This document shows, piece after piece, positions 30,535 to 40,504 of a DNA stretch of 64,000 nucleotides (position 1 is the first letter of the stretch; each line of letters begins with the position of its first letter). The translations under genes were made by a program, and so were the position numbers. Source of the stretch: Thermodesulfobacteriota bacterium (GTDB lineage Bacteria > Desulfobacterota_D > UBA1144 > Nemesobacterales > CSP1-2); NCBI GenBank assembly GCA_049682815.1, contig JBAUII010000011.1, positions 14,881 to 78,880 on the forward strand, in the 5' to 3' direction. A model generated the notes under the pieces. That model did no database searches. It was not told where the DNA came from and saw only the letters and a list, made by a program, of their open reading frames with translations.

Positions 30535-31674
30535 TTGTTGAAAAATTTAATTTTTGGGGTTAAACCTTCCTATATCATGGAGGAATGGAAGTACTGGTTA
30601 GGTCTCAGTTTTGTGCCTGGTGTGGGCGATGTTGGGTATAAAAGTCTAATTTCTAGGTTCCAGAATCCCAAAGCCGTTTTTGAAGCCAGTGCGAAAGAGC
30701 TGGATCAGGTAGAAGGGATCGGCGGAAAGACAGCAGAGGCGATCAAGAATTTCTCAGACTGGGAAAGTGTCAATTCCGCGATCGAGAACTTACGGAGGCT
30801 CGGCTTTAAGCTGGTCTCCATTACTGACAAAGACTATCCGAAAAATCTTTCCAAGATTTATTATCCTCCGTCGATTCTTTATTTTCACGGTGAGATCTTC
30901 CCAAGCGACGAGCTTGCACTTGCTGTGGTTGGTACGCGAGCGGCTGATAGGTATGGAAGGGTTGTAACGGAGACGTTATCCTCTGAGCTGGCATCGATGG
31001 GAATCACCATAGTGAGCGGTATGGCGCGAGGGATTGATTCTGTCGCCCACGCAGCGGCATTAAAATCCGGAGGAAGGACCATAGCAGTCCTTGGGTCTGG
31101 CTTAGACGTGATATACCCGCCTGAAAATAAAAATCTCTATAATCAGATTTCAGAAAATGGGGCAGTAATATCGGAGTTCCCACTTGGGTCGGAGCCGGAT
31201 GCGGTAAATTTCCCTAAGAGGAATCGGATTATAAGCGGCCTTTCATTAGGAGTTCTGGTGATTCAGGCCTCCGAGAGAAGCGGATCCCTCATCACGGCTT
31301 CGTTTGCGCTCGAACAAAACAGGGAAGTTTTTGCCGTGCCCGGTAATGTAGCATCAAAACTCAGTCGTGGAACGAATGCGCTAATAAAGAAGGGTGCAAA
31401 ACTGGTCGATTCAATTGAGGACATCTTGGGTGAGGTAGACTCATTCAGGCGGCTTAAACCAATAGAATCGCCTGTTGATATTAGTAGTATACTAGAAAGA
31501 CTCAATGGAGATGGGAAAAGAATCTTTTCCACAATCACGAACGAACCTATTCATATAGACGATATTATCACGCAATCAGGCTTTGAGCCTCACAGGGTCT
31601 TATCCACTCTTCTCTCGCTGGAGCTCGAAGGTTTCATTACACAACTTCCTGGTAAAATGTTTCAGCTAAGATAA
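30535..31674 (+). CDS. dprA: DNA processing protein DprA (Smf)
   Basis: SAM-like N-terminus, Rossmann core GxARGIDxxAH...GSGLD..YP, and a C-terminal winged-helix (DprA WH) domain. Confidence 0.85.
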   Translation: MLKNLIFGVKPSYIMEEWKYWLGLSFVPGVGDVGYKSLISRFQNPKAVFEASAKELDQVEGIGGKTAEAIKNFSDWESVNSAIENLRRLGFKLVSITDKDYPKNLSKIYYPPSILYFHGEIFPSDELALAVVGTRAADRYGRVVTETLSSELASMGITIVSGMARGIDSVAHAAALKSGGRTIAVLGSGLDVIYPPENKNLYNQISENGAVISEFPLGSEPDAVNFPKRNRIISGLSLGVLVIQASERSGSLITASFALEQNREVFAVPGNVASKLSRGTNALIKKGAKLVDSIEDILGEVDSFRRLKPIESPVDISSILERLNGDGKRIFSTITNEPIHIDDIITQSGFEPHRVLSTLLSLELEGFITQLPGKMFQLR

Positions 31675-31820
31675 GTCCTAAATTTACAGAATGATTCTCT
31701 GCTTCACATAACATAAGGTGTCTGATATCGATGCGGCTTCTCGTTTATTTTTTTTCGAAAATTCTTTATGTTTATTGAATTTGTGATATCCTAAAGTGAC
31801 TTTGGGAACGGAGCGATAAG

Positions 31821-33212
31821 ATGAAAATAGGTATTGTTGGTACCGGGTATGTTGGTATTGTTACAGGGGCATGCCTAGCATCTAGTGGAAACAACGTGAC
31901 CTGTGTCGATATTGATGAGCGCAAGATAAAGGCCTTGAAAAAGGGGGTAGTTCCATTTTACGAGCCGGGCCTTTCGGAACTCGTGCGGTCAAACTTTAAG
32001 GAGGGGCGACTACATTTTACGACGGACATTTCCGACGCGGTGAAAAAGTCGTTTATTGTGTTTGTGGCTGTTGGTACACCTCCCAATGGCGATGGTTCGG
32101 CGGATACCGGGATGGTATTTAAGGTGGCAAGATCGATCGCCGAATGCCTTGACGATTATAAAATAATCGTAACAAAGAGTACTGTACCTGTTGGAACAAC
32201 CGAGATGGTTCGTGAAATAATCAGGGGGAATAGCGATTATGAGTTCGATGTGGCCTCGAATCCCGAGTTTCTTAAAGAGGGGGCCGCTGTCGAGGACTTT
32301 ATGAAACCGGACAGAGTGGTGATCGGCGTCGATAAGCCTTCTGTTGGGGGAATCTTGAAAGAGCTCTATTCACCTTTTATGCGGTCAGGTGACAGGGCTA
32401 TGGTTGTATCCATAAGGTCAGCCGAACTTGCAAAGTATACGGCGAATGCAATGTTAGCTACGAGAATTTCCTTTATGAATGAAATCGCAAATCTCTGTGA
32501 GCTCGTCGGTGCCGACGTTTCGGAGATTAGACAAATCATAGGTAGCGATCACAGAATAGGGCGCCATTTTTTATTTCCCGGAATTGGGTATGGAGGCTCG
32601 TGCTTTCCTAAGGACGTAAAGGCGATTATCAAGACAGCTGGAGAATTGAATTTTGAACTAAGGATTTGTAAGGCAACGGATCAGGTTAACACACGGCAGA
32701 GAGAGCTTTTCTGGCAGAAAATCGAACGGGTTTTCGGGGGAAGGTTAAAGGGTAAAAAGATCGCTGTATGGGGTCTCTCGTTCAAGCCCAAGACGGACGA
32801 CATAAGGGAGGCTCCTTCTTTATACGTAATTGATAAGTTATTGTCGGCTGGGGTTGAGGTAACGGTTCATGACCCGGTTGCGATGGATAGGGCAAGGGAA
32901 ATTTACGGTAAAAAGATTAAATACGCACGGTCTAACTATGATGCTTGCGTAAATAAAGACGCGCTGGTAATTAATACAGAATGGAACGAGTATCACCAGC
33001 CTGACTTCGGCAAAATGAAGAAAATGATGAGATCCCCGATCATAGTGGATGGCAGGAATTTATATAATCCTAAGATTCTTAGGGATCTTGGGTTCATCTA
33101 TATTGGAGTAGGTATCAATAATCTTGAGAATATCGGCGAGATCGATGATGAGAGCAGCCTGGCTGATCTTGTAAAGAAAAAGCCGGGTGTTAAAGCACGA
33201 CAAAGGATTTAA
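31821..33212 (+). CDS. ugd: UDP-glucose 6-dehydrogenase family nucleotide-sugar dehydrogenase
   Basis: N-terminal GTGYVG Rossmann motif and the catalytic GGSCFPKD motif. 463 aa. Confidence 0.85.
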   Translation: MKIGIVGTGYVGIVTGACLASSGNNVTCVDIDERKIKALKKGVVPFYEPGLSELVRSNFKEGRLHFTTDISDAVKKSFIVFVAVGTPPNGDGSADTGMVFKVARSIAECLDDYKIIVTKSTVPVGTTEMVREIIRGNSDYEFDVASNPEFLKEGAAVEDFMKPDRVVIGVDKPSVGGILKELYSPFMRSGDRAMVVSIRSAELAKYTANAMLATRISFMNEIANLCELVGADVSEIRQIIGSDHRIGRHFLFPGIGYGGSCFPKDVKAIIKTAGELNFELRICKATDQVNTRQRELFWQKIERVFGGRLKGKKIAVWGLSFKPKTDDIREAPSLYVIDKLLSAGVEVTVHDPVAMDRAREIYGKKIKYARSNYDACVNKDALVINTEWNEYHQPDFGKMKKMMRSPIIVDGRNLYNPKILRDLGFIYIGVGINNLENIGEIDDESSLADLVKKKPGVKARQRI

Positions 33213-33578
33213 TACCTAGTATTTTTAAATAGATATCGGGAGATTACGGGATACATTTGAAATAGAAGAAATCAATAAGTCTTTGAGATATCTTTCAAAG
33301 TCTCAGTAAGATACCTAAACTGATTTATCAGATATGGTATATAACTTCCCTAGATAATTCGATATTCCGTAATCTCTGATTTTCTTGAACTCAGTTAGCC
33401 ACCTGTGATCCATCCCTGAGCAAAAGACCAGTGTCGTTTAATTTCCGGAATGGAAACTCTCAGCGTATTGCAAAAGGGTATATTATCAGGTAGAAGGTTC
33501 TACATTTTAAGAATAGGATTGAATCTTAGGCTTTAGTGATTAATCTAACAGTTAAAAGGAACAGAGAAAGGGGGTTTA

Positions 33579-35684
33579 ATGTCTAAGTCACTTATCATAG
33601 TTGAGTCTCCATCCAAGGCGAAGACCATAAAAAAGTATCTGGGAAATGATTACAGCGTGGAGGCTTCCTCAGGTCATCTGATCGATCTTCCAGCCAGCAA
33701 ACTCGGTGTAGATATAGATAAGGATTTTAAGCCAAACTACGTTGTAATAAAGGGAAAGAATAAATTTCTCTCTCAGCTTGCTAAGGCTGCAGAAAATGCT
33801 GATAGGGTATATCTTGCCTCGGATCCGGACAGAGAGGGGGAAGCAATAGCTTGGCATATTGTGAACAGGCTCAAACTGAAAGACAGGGCGTACAGGGTGC
33901 TCATATATGAAATTACTCAAAAGGGCATACTCGATTCCTTAGAACATCCAACGAACCTGAGCCAGGATAGGTTTGAGGCCCAGCAGGCGAGGCGAATACT
34001 GGACCGGCTCGTAGGATATCAGGTAAGCCCAATCCTTTGGAGGAAGGTCAAGAGGGGTCTGAGTGCCGGGAGGGTGCAGAGTGTTGCACTCAGGATGATT
34101 GTTGAGCGAGAAAGGGATATAGAGAGCTTTAAGGCAGAGGAGTACTGGACGGTTGAATCCAATTTGCAGAAATTGATAGATGGGCATAACGGGTCATTTC
34201 AAGCAATCCTTCATAATTATAATGGCAAAAAGATAAAGATCGGTAATGAAGAAGAGGCTAAGAGGATTGTAGATGCAATTAAGGGTGAGAGGTTTACGGT
34301 CTCTTCTGTCGACAGAAAAGAGAGGATCAGGAAAACACTCCCGCCATTCATCACAAGCACATTACAGCAAGAGGCTTCGAGAAAACTCAGGTTCCCTGTG
34401 AAAAAAACGATGTCGGTTGCTCAAAAGCTATACGAGGGCCTAGAACTAGGAGACGAAGGGCCGATGGGTCTAGTAACGTATATGAGAACAGACTCTGTCA
34501 GGATATCTGAACACGCTATCGGGGAGGCAAGGTCATACATTAAGAATACATATGGTGGTGAGTACCTTCCCAAGAACCCTAATGTGTTTAAGGTAAAAAA
34601 ATCTGCTCAAGATGCCCACGAGGCCATTAGGCCGACCGCGGTGATCAAGACCCCCGACTCGATAAAATCCTTTTTAACTGAGGACCAGTTTCAGCTTTAT
34701 AAGCTCATTTGGAATAGATTTATCGCGTCGCAAATGAATCCGGCAATTTATGACCAGACAACGGTTGATATAAATGCCGGAAGGGGCGTCTTTCGCGCAA
34801 CCGGTTCAATCATTAAATTTCCAGGTTTCAGTGCCGTGTACAGGGAGGGAAAGGAAGAGGAGGAAGAGGCGAAAGACTCTGAAGAAGATAAGAAGCTTCC
34901 TGAATTAGCCGTTGGTGAAGAGCTAAGGGTATTAGAACTCGAGGGGAAACAACACTTCACACAACCTCCGCCTAGGTACACTGAAAGCTCGCTGGTAAAG
35001 GAACTTGAGGAAAAAGGGATAGGTCGTCCCTCCACCTATGCGGCAATACTCTCCACAATCCAGGAAAGGGAGTATGTGCTCAAGGAGAAGACCAAATTAA
35101 AACCGACTGCCCTGGGCCGTTCGGTAAATGATCTTCTTATAGATGGTTTTCCTGAAATCATGGACATTAAATTTACAGCAGAAATGGAGGAAAAACTCGA
35201 CGAGGTGGAAGAAGGTAAAGCATACTGGGTTGATATCCTGAAGGGATTTTACAGCGGGTTCTCTTCGAGGCTCGATAACGCCGAAAGGTCGATGAGAAGC
35301 TTGAGAAAAGAGGGGATACCAACGGATATAGATTGCTCACAATGCGGAGCAAAGATGTTGATTAAATGGGGCAAAAGAGGGGAGTTCCTGTCGTGTTCCA
35401 GGTATCCGGAATGCAAGAATGCGAAGAAGTTTGTTTACGGTAGCGATGGGGAGATTAAGATAATACAAAAAGCGGAGCCTGAGGTGATGCATGATATCGT
35501 TTGCGACCTGTGTGGTAAACCTATGGCGGTGAGAACCAGCAGGTATGGAAAGTTTTTGGGCTGTACGGGCTATCCCGATTGTAAGAACGTAAAAAAAATG
35601 GACGACGTAAATAAGGATATTATCGATGGTGGAAAGAGTCATAAAGAAGGAGACACAGGTCAGCTAAAAAGGAAGATTATTTAA
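33579..35684 (+). CDS. topA: DNA topoisomerase I
   Basis: TOPRIM N-terminus (IIVESPSKAKTI), type IA core, and C-terminal Cys4 zinc-ribbon repeats (CSQCGAKM...CSRYPEC; CDLCGKPM...CTGYPDC). Confidence 0.9.
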   Translation: MSKSLIIVESPSKAKTIKKYLGNDYSVEASSGHLIDLPASKLGVDIDKDFKPNYVVIKGKNKFLSQLAKAAENADRVYLASDPDREGEAIAWHIVNRLKLKDRAYRVLIYEITQKGILDSLEHPTNLSQDRFEAQQARRILDRLVGYQVSPILWRKVKRGLSAGRVQSVALRMIVERERDIESFKAEEYWTVESNLQKLIDGHNGSFQAILHNYNGKKIKIGNEEEAKRIVDAIKGERFTVSSVDRKERIRKTLPPFITSTLQQEASRKLRFPVKKTMSVAQKLYEGLELGDEGPMGLVTYMRTDSVRISEHAIGEARSYIKNTYGGEYLPKNPNVFKVKKSAQDAHEAIRPTAVIKTPDSIKSFLTEDQFQLYKLIWNRFIASQMNPAIYDQTTVDINAGRGVFRATGSIIKFPGFSAVYREGKEEEEEAKDSEEDKKLPELAVGEELRVLELEGKQHFTQPPPRYTESSLVKELEEKGIGRPSTYAAILSTIQEREYVLKEKTKLKPTALGRSVNDLLIDGFPEIMDIKFTAEMEEKLDEVEEGKAYWVDILKGFYSGFSSRLDNAERSMRSLRKEGIPTDIDCSQCGAKMLIKWGKRGEFLSCSRYPECKNAKKFVYGSDGEIKIIQKAEPEVMHDIVCDLCGKPMAVRTSRYGKFLGCTGYPDCKNVKKMDDVNKDIIDGGKSHKEGDTGQLKRKII

Positions 35685-35918
35685 AAGAGAATAGAGTCCT
35701 ATCGAATATTGAAGCATTATTGGTAGGACTCTTCGGCAGCATCTGTGCTTTATTGTGCGCTTTCTAATGATAATTATACAAACCTCACTTATTGATCTAA
35801 TTGAATTAAACGTTCATTTCGTCCCTTGCTGAGGAGGAACCAGACTTAACGTTAGTCTTCCGGTCTGGAATACCCCACACTTGAAAAGATCGAACAACTC
35901 CCAGTAAAATCTTTAACT

Positions 35919-38399
35919 GTGACTGAAGGTCTACACAAAATTTTGGGGTCCCTTGAAAAGCCCCTCAGGTTTGCATCTAGGACAAAATTTCAAAATATCC
36001 ACAAAGTGAAGGATCTGGACAAGGTGGTAGAAGACATAACTCTCAGAGCACTATTGCTAGACCTGAGCGAAAAAGAGGTTGCGATGCTTAAGTCTTTAAG
36101 GGAGTCATTCAGCGCCTATAGTAGATTACAGCTTGACGGTAAGAAAAAATTAATAATGGACTCACTCGGTTTAATAACTGAATTGAAGGGCTTTGACGAC
36201 AATCCTGTTTATGAGACCTTGGCAACTCGAGAAACCAATAGTCCGACAACCGATAAAATGGATATATCGCAAATCTCGATTCAATATGTGAAGGGGGTCG
36301 GGCCCAGGATAGCTGAGGCACTTTCAAGGAAGGGTATAAAGACAGTTGAAGATGCACTTAATTACTTTCCGCGCAAATATGAAGATAGGAGAAACATTAA
36401 GAGAATATTTACACTAAAGCCTAATACGCGACAGACTGTAATGGGTAAAATAGTTCTCAGCGGAGTGGTGAGATCGAGGTCGAGGGGGATTTATCAGGTT
36501 ATTGTTTCGGATGGAACAGGGACGCTCGCTCTTTCGTGGTATCAATACAATCCTAAATATCTCAAGGCAACATATAAGAAGGGCTATACGGTAATATTGA
36601 GCGGCGATGTAATTCTAAATCGCTACAACAATACGCTTCAGATTATCCATCCAAGTCCTGACGATGTAGAAGTTTTTGAGGACATCGAAGGTATCGAAAA
36701 AGACATGCTCAATTTCAATAGGATCGTTCCAATTTATCCATTGACCGAGGGTATAAAACAGAGACGTATCAGGAAGATAGAGAGCCTTGTATTGGATAAT
36801 TACGCTAAAAGGCTCTTCGATTATGTTCCGTACGAAGTAAGGAAAAGAAATCATCTAATAGGTATCGATCAAGCAATCTCAAGGGTTCACTTCCCGAGCA
36901 ATTCGGACAACCCTGTAGATTTCTCGGATACAAGTTCTATATATAATTCTCTCCCTCACAGGACGGTTTCGTTCAATGAATTTTTCCTCCTGGAGGTAGG
37001 GCTTGCCCTTAAAAAACGAGACGTTTCGAAGATGCCCGGGATATCATTTAATCCCACGGGAGAGCTTACTAAAAAGCTGCTTTCAAGGCTCCCATTCAAG
37101 CTTACCTCGGCTCAATCACGTGTCCTTTCCGAGCTAGAGACCGATATGAGAGCGGATCGCCCCATGAACAGGCTTCTCCAGGGGGACGTGGGGAGCGGGA
37201 AAACCGTCGTGGCACTGTTGTCCATGTTAAGAGCCGTCGAGAGTGGCTACCAGGCTGCTCTTATGGCGCCTACAGAAATCCTCGCTGAACAGCATTTAAG
37301 ATCTGTCCTCAAATATGTTGATGGATTTGGTATTAGGGTCGTGCTCTTGAAGAGTGCTCAAAGTAGAAGCGAGAAAGAGTCCAATTATGATGCAATCAGT
37401 TCTGGAGATGCAAAGATAGTTATTGGAACACATGCGTTGCTTCAGGGGAAGGTTGAATTCAGGGACCTTGGCTTTGTGGTGATAGACGAGCAGCACAGGT
37501 TTGGAGTGATTCAGAGAGCCCTGCTGAGGACTAAGGGTAAAAACCCCGACGTTCTTGTTATGACTGCTACACCTATTCCAAGGACCCTTGCTATGACCGT
37601 ATATGGAGATCTCGATGTCTCCATTCTCGATGAAATGCCCCCTCATCAACAATCGATAAAGACCTTCGTCTTCTTTGAGGAAAAAGGCGCGCGAGATAAA
37701 GCATATGACTTTGTCAGGCAGGAGGTGGTTAAGGGGAGACAGGCATATATTGTCTATCCTTTGATTGAGGAGTCTGAAAGCCCTGACCATAGGGATTTGA
37801 GGTTCGCGACTAAAATGTTTGATGAGCTGAAGCAGGATGTATTCCCTGAATTTCGACTTGATCTACTTCATGGGAGGATGAAGACCGAAGATAAAAATGA
37901 GGTTATGAATAAATTTATTTCACATCAAATAGATATCCTTGTTGCGACAACCGTGGTAGAGGTTGGGGTAGATGTTCCGAATGCGACGGTTGTGGTAATC
38001 GAAAATTCTGAGAGGTACGGTCTCTCGCAACTCCATCAATTAAGGGGTCGGGTTGGAAGAGGGGAACATGAGTCTATATGCATCTTAATATCCGCTGCAA
38101 AGCGATCGGTTGATGCTCACAAGAGGCTCGCTATTTTGAAGAATACTTCTGATGGTTTTAAAATTGCAGAAGCGGATCTTATGATTCGGGGTCCAGGCGA
38201 ATTCATTGGAACCAGACAATCCGGTCTACCGGAGTTCAGGTTTGCGAACTTGTTGAGAGACGCCAGAATACTTGGTGAGGCTAGAAATGAGGCTTTTAAT
38301 ATTATAAGAGAGGATCCCTCGCTTGCCAATTATCCTGGATTATATAAGGAGGTGCTCAAAAGATGGGGGGAGAGTCTGGAGCTTGCTGGTATTTCTTAG
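35919..38399 (+). CDS. recG: ATP-dependent DNA helicase RecG
   Basis: Wedge domain followed by SF2 helicase motifs (GDVGSGKT, DEQHRFG, the TATPIPRT region). GTG start in the track; start uncertain. Confidence 0.85.
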   Translation: MTEGLHKILGSLEKPLRFASRTKFQNIHKVKDLDKVVEDITLRALLLDLSEKEVAMLKSLRESFSAYSRLQLDGKKKLIMDSLGLITELKGFDDNPVYETLATRETNSPTTDKMDISQISIQYVKGVGPRIAEALSRKGIKTVEDALNYFPRKYEDRRNIKRIFTLKPNTRQTVMGKIVLSGVVRSRSRGIYQVIVSDGTGTLALSWYQYNPKYLKATYKKGYTVILSGDVILNRYNNTLQIIHPSPDDVEVFEDIEGIEKDMLNFNRIVPIYPLTEGIKQRRIRKIESLVLDNYAKRLFDYVPYEVRKRNHLIGIDQAISRVHFPSNSDNPVDFSDTSSIYNSLPHRTVSFNEFFLLEVGLALKKRDVSKMPGISFNPTGELTKKLLSRLPFKLTSAQSRVLSELETDMRADRPMNRLLQGDVGSGKTVVALLSMLRAVESGYQAALMAPTEILAEQHLRSVLKYVDGFGIRVVLLKSAQSRSEKESNYDAISSGDAKIVIGTHALLQGKVEFRDLGFVVIDEQHRFGVIQRALLRTKGKNPDVLVMTATPIPRTLAMTVYGDLDVSILDEMPPHQQSIKTFVFFEEKGARDKAYDFVRQEVVKGRQAYIVYPLIEESESPDHRDLRFATKMFDELKQDVFPEFRLDLLHGRMKTEDKNEVMNKFISHQIDILVATTVVEVGVDVPNATVVVIENSERYGLSQLHQLRGRVGRGEHESICILISAAKRSVDAHKRLAILKNTSDGFKIAEADLMIRGPGEFIGTRQSGLPEFRFANLLRDARILGEARNEAFNIIREDPSLANYPGLYKEVLKRWGESLELAGIS

Positions 38400-38417
38400 A
38401 AATAGGATCTTGATAAA

Positions 38418-39149
38418 ATGCATCTCAGCGTAATCATCCCGGCACTAAATGAACGTCAATACATTTCCGATACTCTACATGCAGTGCGGCATAACGCCAT
38501 TATTGGAGGGCCTCATGAAATCATAGTTGTAGATACTGGCTCGGCCGATGGAACACCTGAAATTGCTAGGGCGCTCGGCGTAAAGGTTATTGAAATTAGA
38601 CCAGAGATAGCAGGTCGGGCCCAAGCTCTGAACACGGGTGCCGGTATTTCGACAGGGGATGTGTATTTGTTTCTCGACGCGGATACGATTCTTCCCGAGG
38701 GGTATGATGCGGCCATCAAAACCGTTATGGAGGATCAGGATATAGCGGGTGGCGCGTTTGAATTTGCCCTGGACGGAAGGGGTTTTGGTTTGCGTGTAGT
38801 TGAATTGACAAACCGTATTCGCTACAGAATTTCCCATCAATTTTATGGAGACCAGGGTATTTTCGTGCGCGCCACTGCGTTTCGTGGAGTAGGTGGATAC
38901 CCGAAGAAAGGGATCCTCGAGGCATCCGATTTTTGCTCTTCATTGAAGAAGGTGGGAAAGCTGGCGCTGATCAGAAAAGAAATTAAAACTTCTCCCCGCC
39001 GTTTCCTAGAGGGTGGCGTCTATAGAGTTCTTGCAGGCGATATAAAAATATGGTGGCTCGATCTAATGGGAAAGCCGGTCGATCAGTTCACTGATATTTA
39101 CTGGAAGAAGAATATATACAAAGCCAAGAAATGCCCTTCGGAGAAATAA
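38418..39149 (+). CDS. glycosyltransferase family 2
   Basis: LSVIIPALNE near the N-terminus, a DxD region (LFLDADT), and the GT-A fold. Confidence 0.7.
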   Translation: MHLSVIIPALNERQYISDTLHAVRHNAIIGGPHEIIVVDTGSADGTPEIARALGVKVIEIRPEIAGRAQALNTGAGISTGDVYLFLDADTILPEGYDAAIKTVMEDQDIAGGAFEFALDGRGFGLRVVELTNRIRYRISHQFYGDQGIFVRATAFRGVGGYPKKGILEASDFCSSLKKVGKLALIRKEIKTSPRRFLEGGVYRVLAGDIKIWWLDLMGKPVDQFTDIYWKKNIYKAKKCPSEK

Positions 39150-39169
39150 TTCTCAAAGGTGGCAAATAA

Positions 39170-40486
39170 TCAGCCCTCTAACAGCAGGACTCCAGGGTCT
39201 TCTATAAGTTTCTTGATTCTTACAAGGAATAAGACTGCTTCTCGCCCATCCACTATACGGTGATCATAGCTCAGAGCCACATACATCATGGGGCGGATCT
39301 CTATGTTTTGGTTTATTACCACGGGTCTGTCCTCAATTTTGTGCATACCCAGGATGCCCACCTGCGGTGGGTTGAGAATAGGTGTGCTTAGCAGTGATCC
39401 AAAAACGCCTCCGTTCGTTATGGTGAAAGTACCTCCAAGTAAATCTTCGAGTGAAAGCGTTTCATCGTCGGCTTTCTTAACATATTCAGCAATTCGCTTT
39501 TCGATTTCAGCGAATGACATCTTGTCGGCATCGCGTAAAACCGGTACTACCAGGCCTCCTCGAGCGCCAATAGCTACCCCAATGTCATAGTAATTCTTGA
39601 GAACTATTTCATCTTCCTGTATCTCCGCATTCAAAAGCGGAAAGTCTTTCAAAGCCCCTATCGATGCCTTGACAAAGAATGAAACTATGCCAAGACCGAT
39701 CCCGTATCGCTCCTTAAATGACTCCTTATGGCGTTTGCGAAGTTTCATCAGAGAGCTCATATCGATCTCGTTAAACGTAGAGAGAATCGCCGCCGTCCTC
39801 TGGGCTTCGAGCATGCGGCGAGCTATAGTCCGTCGGCGACGAGACATTCGAATCCGCTCTTCTTGCCTGGAACGATCCGCCTCGGGTGTGGGAGCGCCTC
39901 GTTCTTTCAAGATTTTCTCTTCCCTCTGTTCAAGCTCTGAGGGTTTGGGCTCAGACCTCTTCTTCTCAAGGAAGTTTTCTATGTCTTCTTTTGTGATTCT
40001 TCCGTTGGGCCCTGAACCTTCGATTAATCTCAGATCTACGTCATTTTCTTCGGCAATCCGTCTTGCTACAGGAGTGGCTTTAACCTCTGAGAGTTCCTGT
40101 TCTTCTTTCACAACCCTAAGGGGTTCTCTCTCTTTTTTCTCAGACTCTACACCTTTAACATCGATTTTTTTGTCTGGCTCCTTTGCTGCTTTCTCACTTT
40201 TATCCCTTTCCTCGTCAGGCTTTACTTCTTTTTCTAGTTCTTCCTTTCGAGCTTCATCTATTACCCCTAATACATCGCCTACCATTACATCGTCCTCTTC
40301 GGCTTTGTCGATGCGTACCAAAATACCTCCCTTCTCAGCCCCTACCTCGAAATTTGCTTTCTCGGTCTCCAGCTCTACAACAGCCTCACCTGGATTCACC
40401 GCTTCTCCTTCTTTTTTTAGCCATCTCACGACTGTGGCTTCGACCACTGATTCACCCATTTCGGGCACTACTATGTTGAACGACAT
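39170..40486 (-). CDS. sucB: 2-oxoglutarate dehydrogenase E2 component (dihydrolipoyllysine-residue succinyltransferase)
   Basis: N-terminal lipoyl domain ([13 protein letters not shown]), a charged linker, and a catalytic domain with DHRIVDG. Confidence 0.85.
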   Translation of the reverse strand: MSFNIVVPEMGESVVEATVVRWLKKEGEAVNPGEAVVELETEKANFEVGAEKGGILVRIDKAEEDDVMVGDVLGVIDEARKEELEKEVKPDEERDKSEKAAKEPDKKIDVKGVESEKKEREPLRVVKEEQELSEVKATPVARRIAEENDVDLRLIEGSGPNGRITKEDIENFLEKKRSEPKPSELEQREEKILKERGAPTPEADRSRQEERIRMSRRRRTIARRMLEAQRTAAILSTFNEIDMSSLMKLRKRHKESFKERYGIGLGIVSFFVKASIGALKDFPLLNAEIQEDEIVLKNYYDIGVAIGARGGLVVPVLRDADKMSFAEIEKRIAEYVKKADDETLSLEDLLGGTFTITNGGVFGSLLSTPILNPPQVGILGMHKIEDRPVVINQNIEIRPMMYVALSYDHRIVDGREAVLFLVRIKKLIEDPGVLLLEG

Positions 40487-40504
40487 GAATTTCGAATCTC
40501 CGGT

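Noticed and set aside
37296-37790. 164-aa ORF antisense within recG, and similar 60-120 aa antisense or overlapping ORFs throughout the track (for example 1402-1704, 38475-38840, 43782-44118, 56594-57127)
   Set aside because: Each overlaps a strongly supported gene on the opposite strand or in another frame, and none has family-like motifs.
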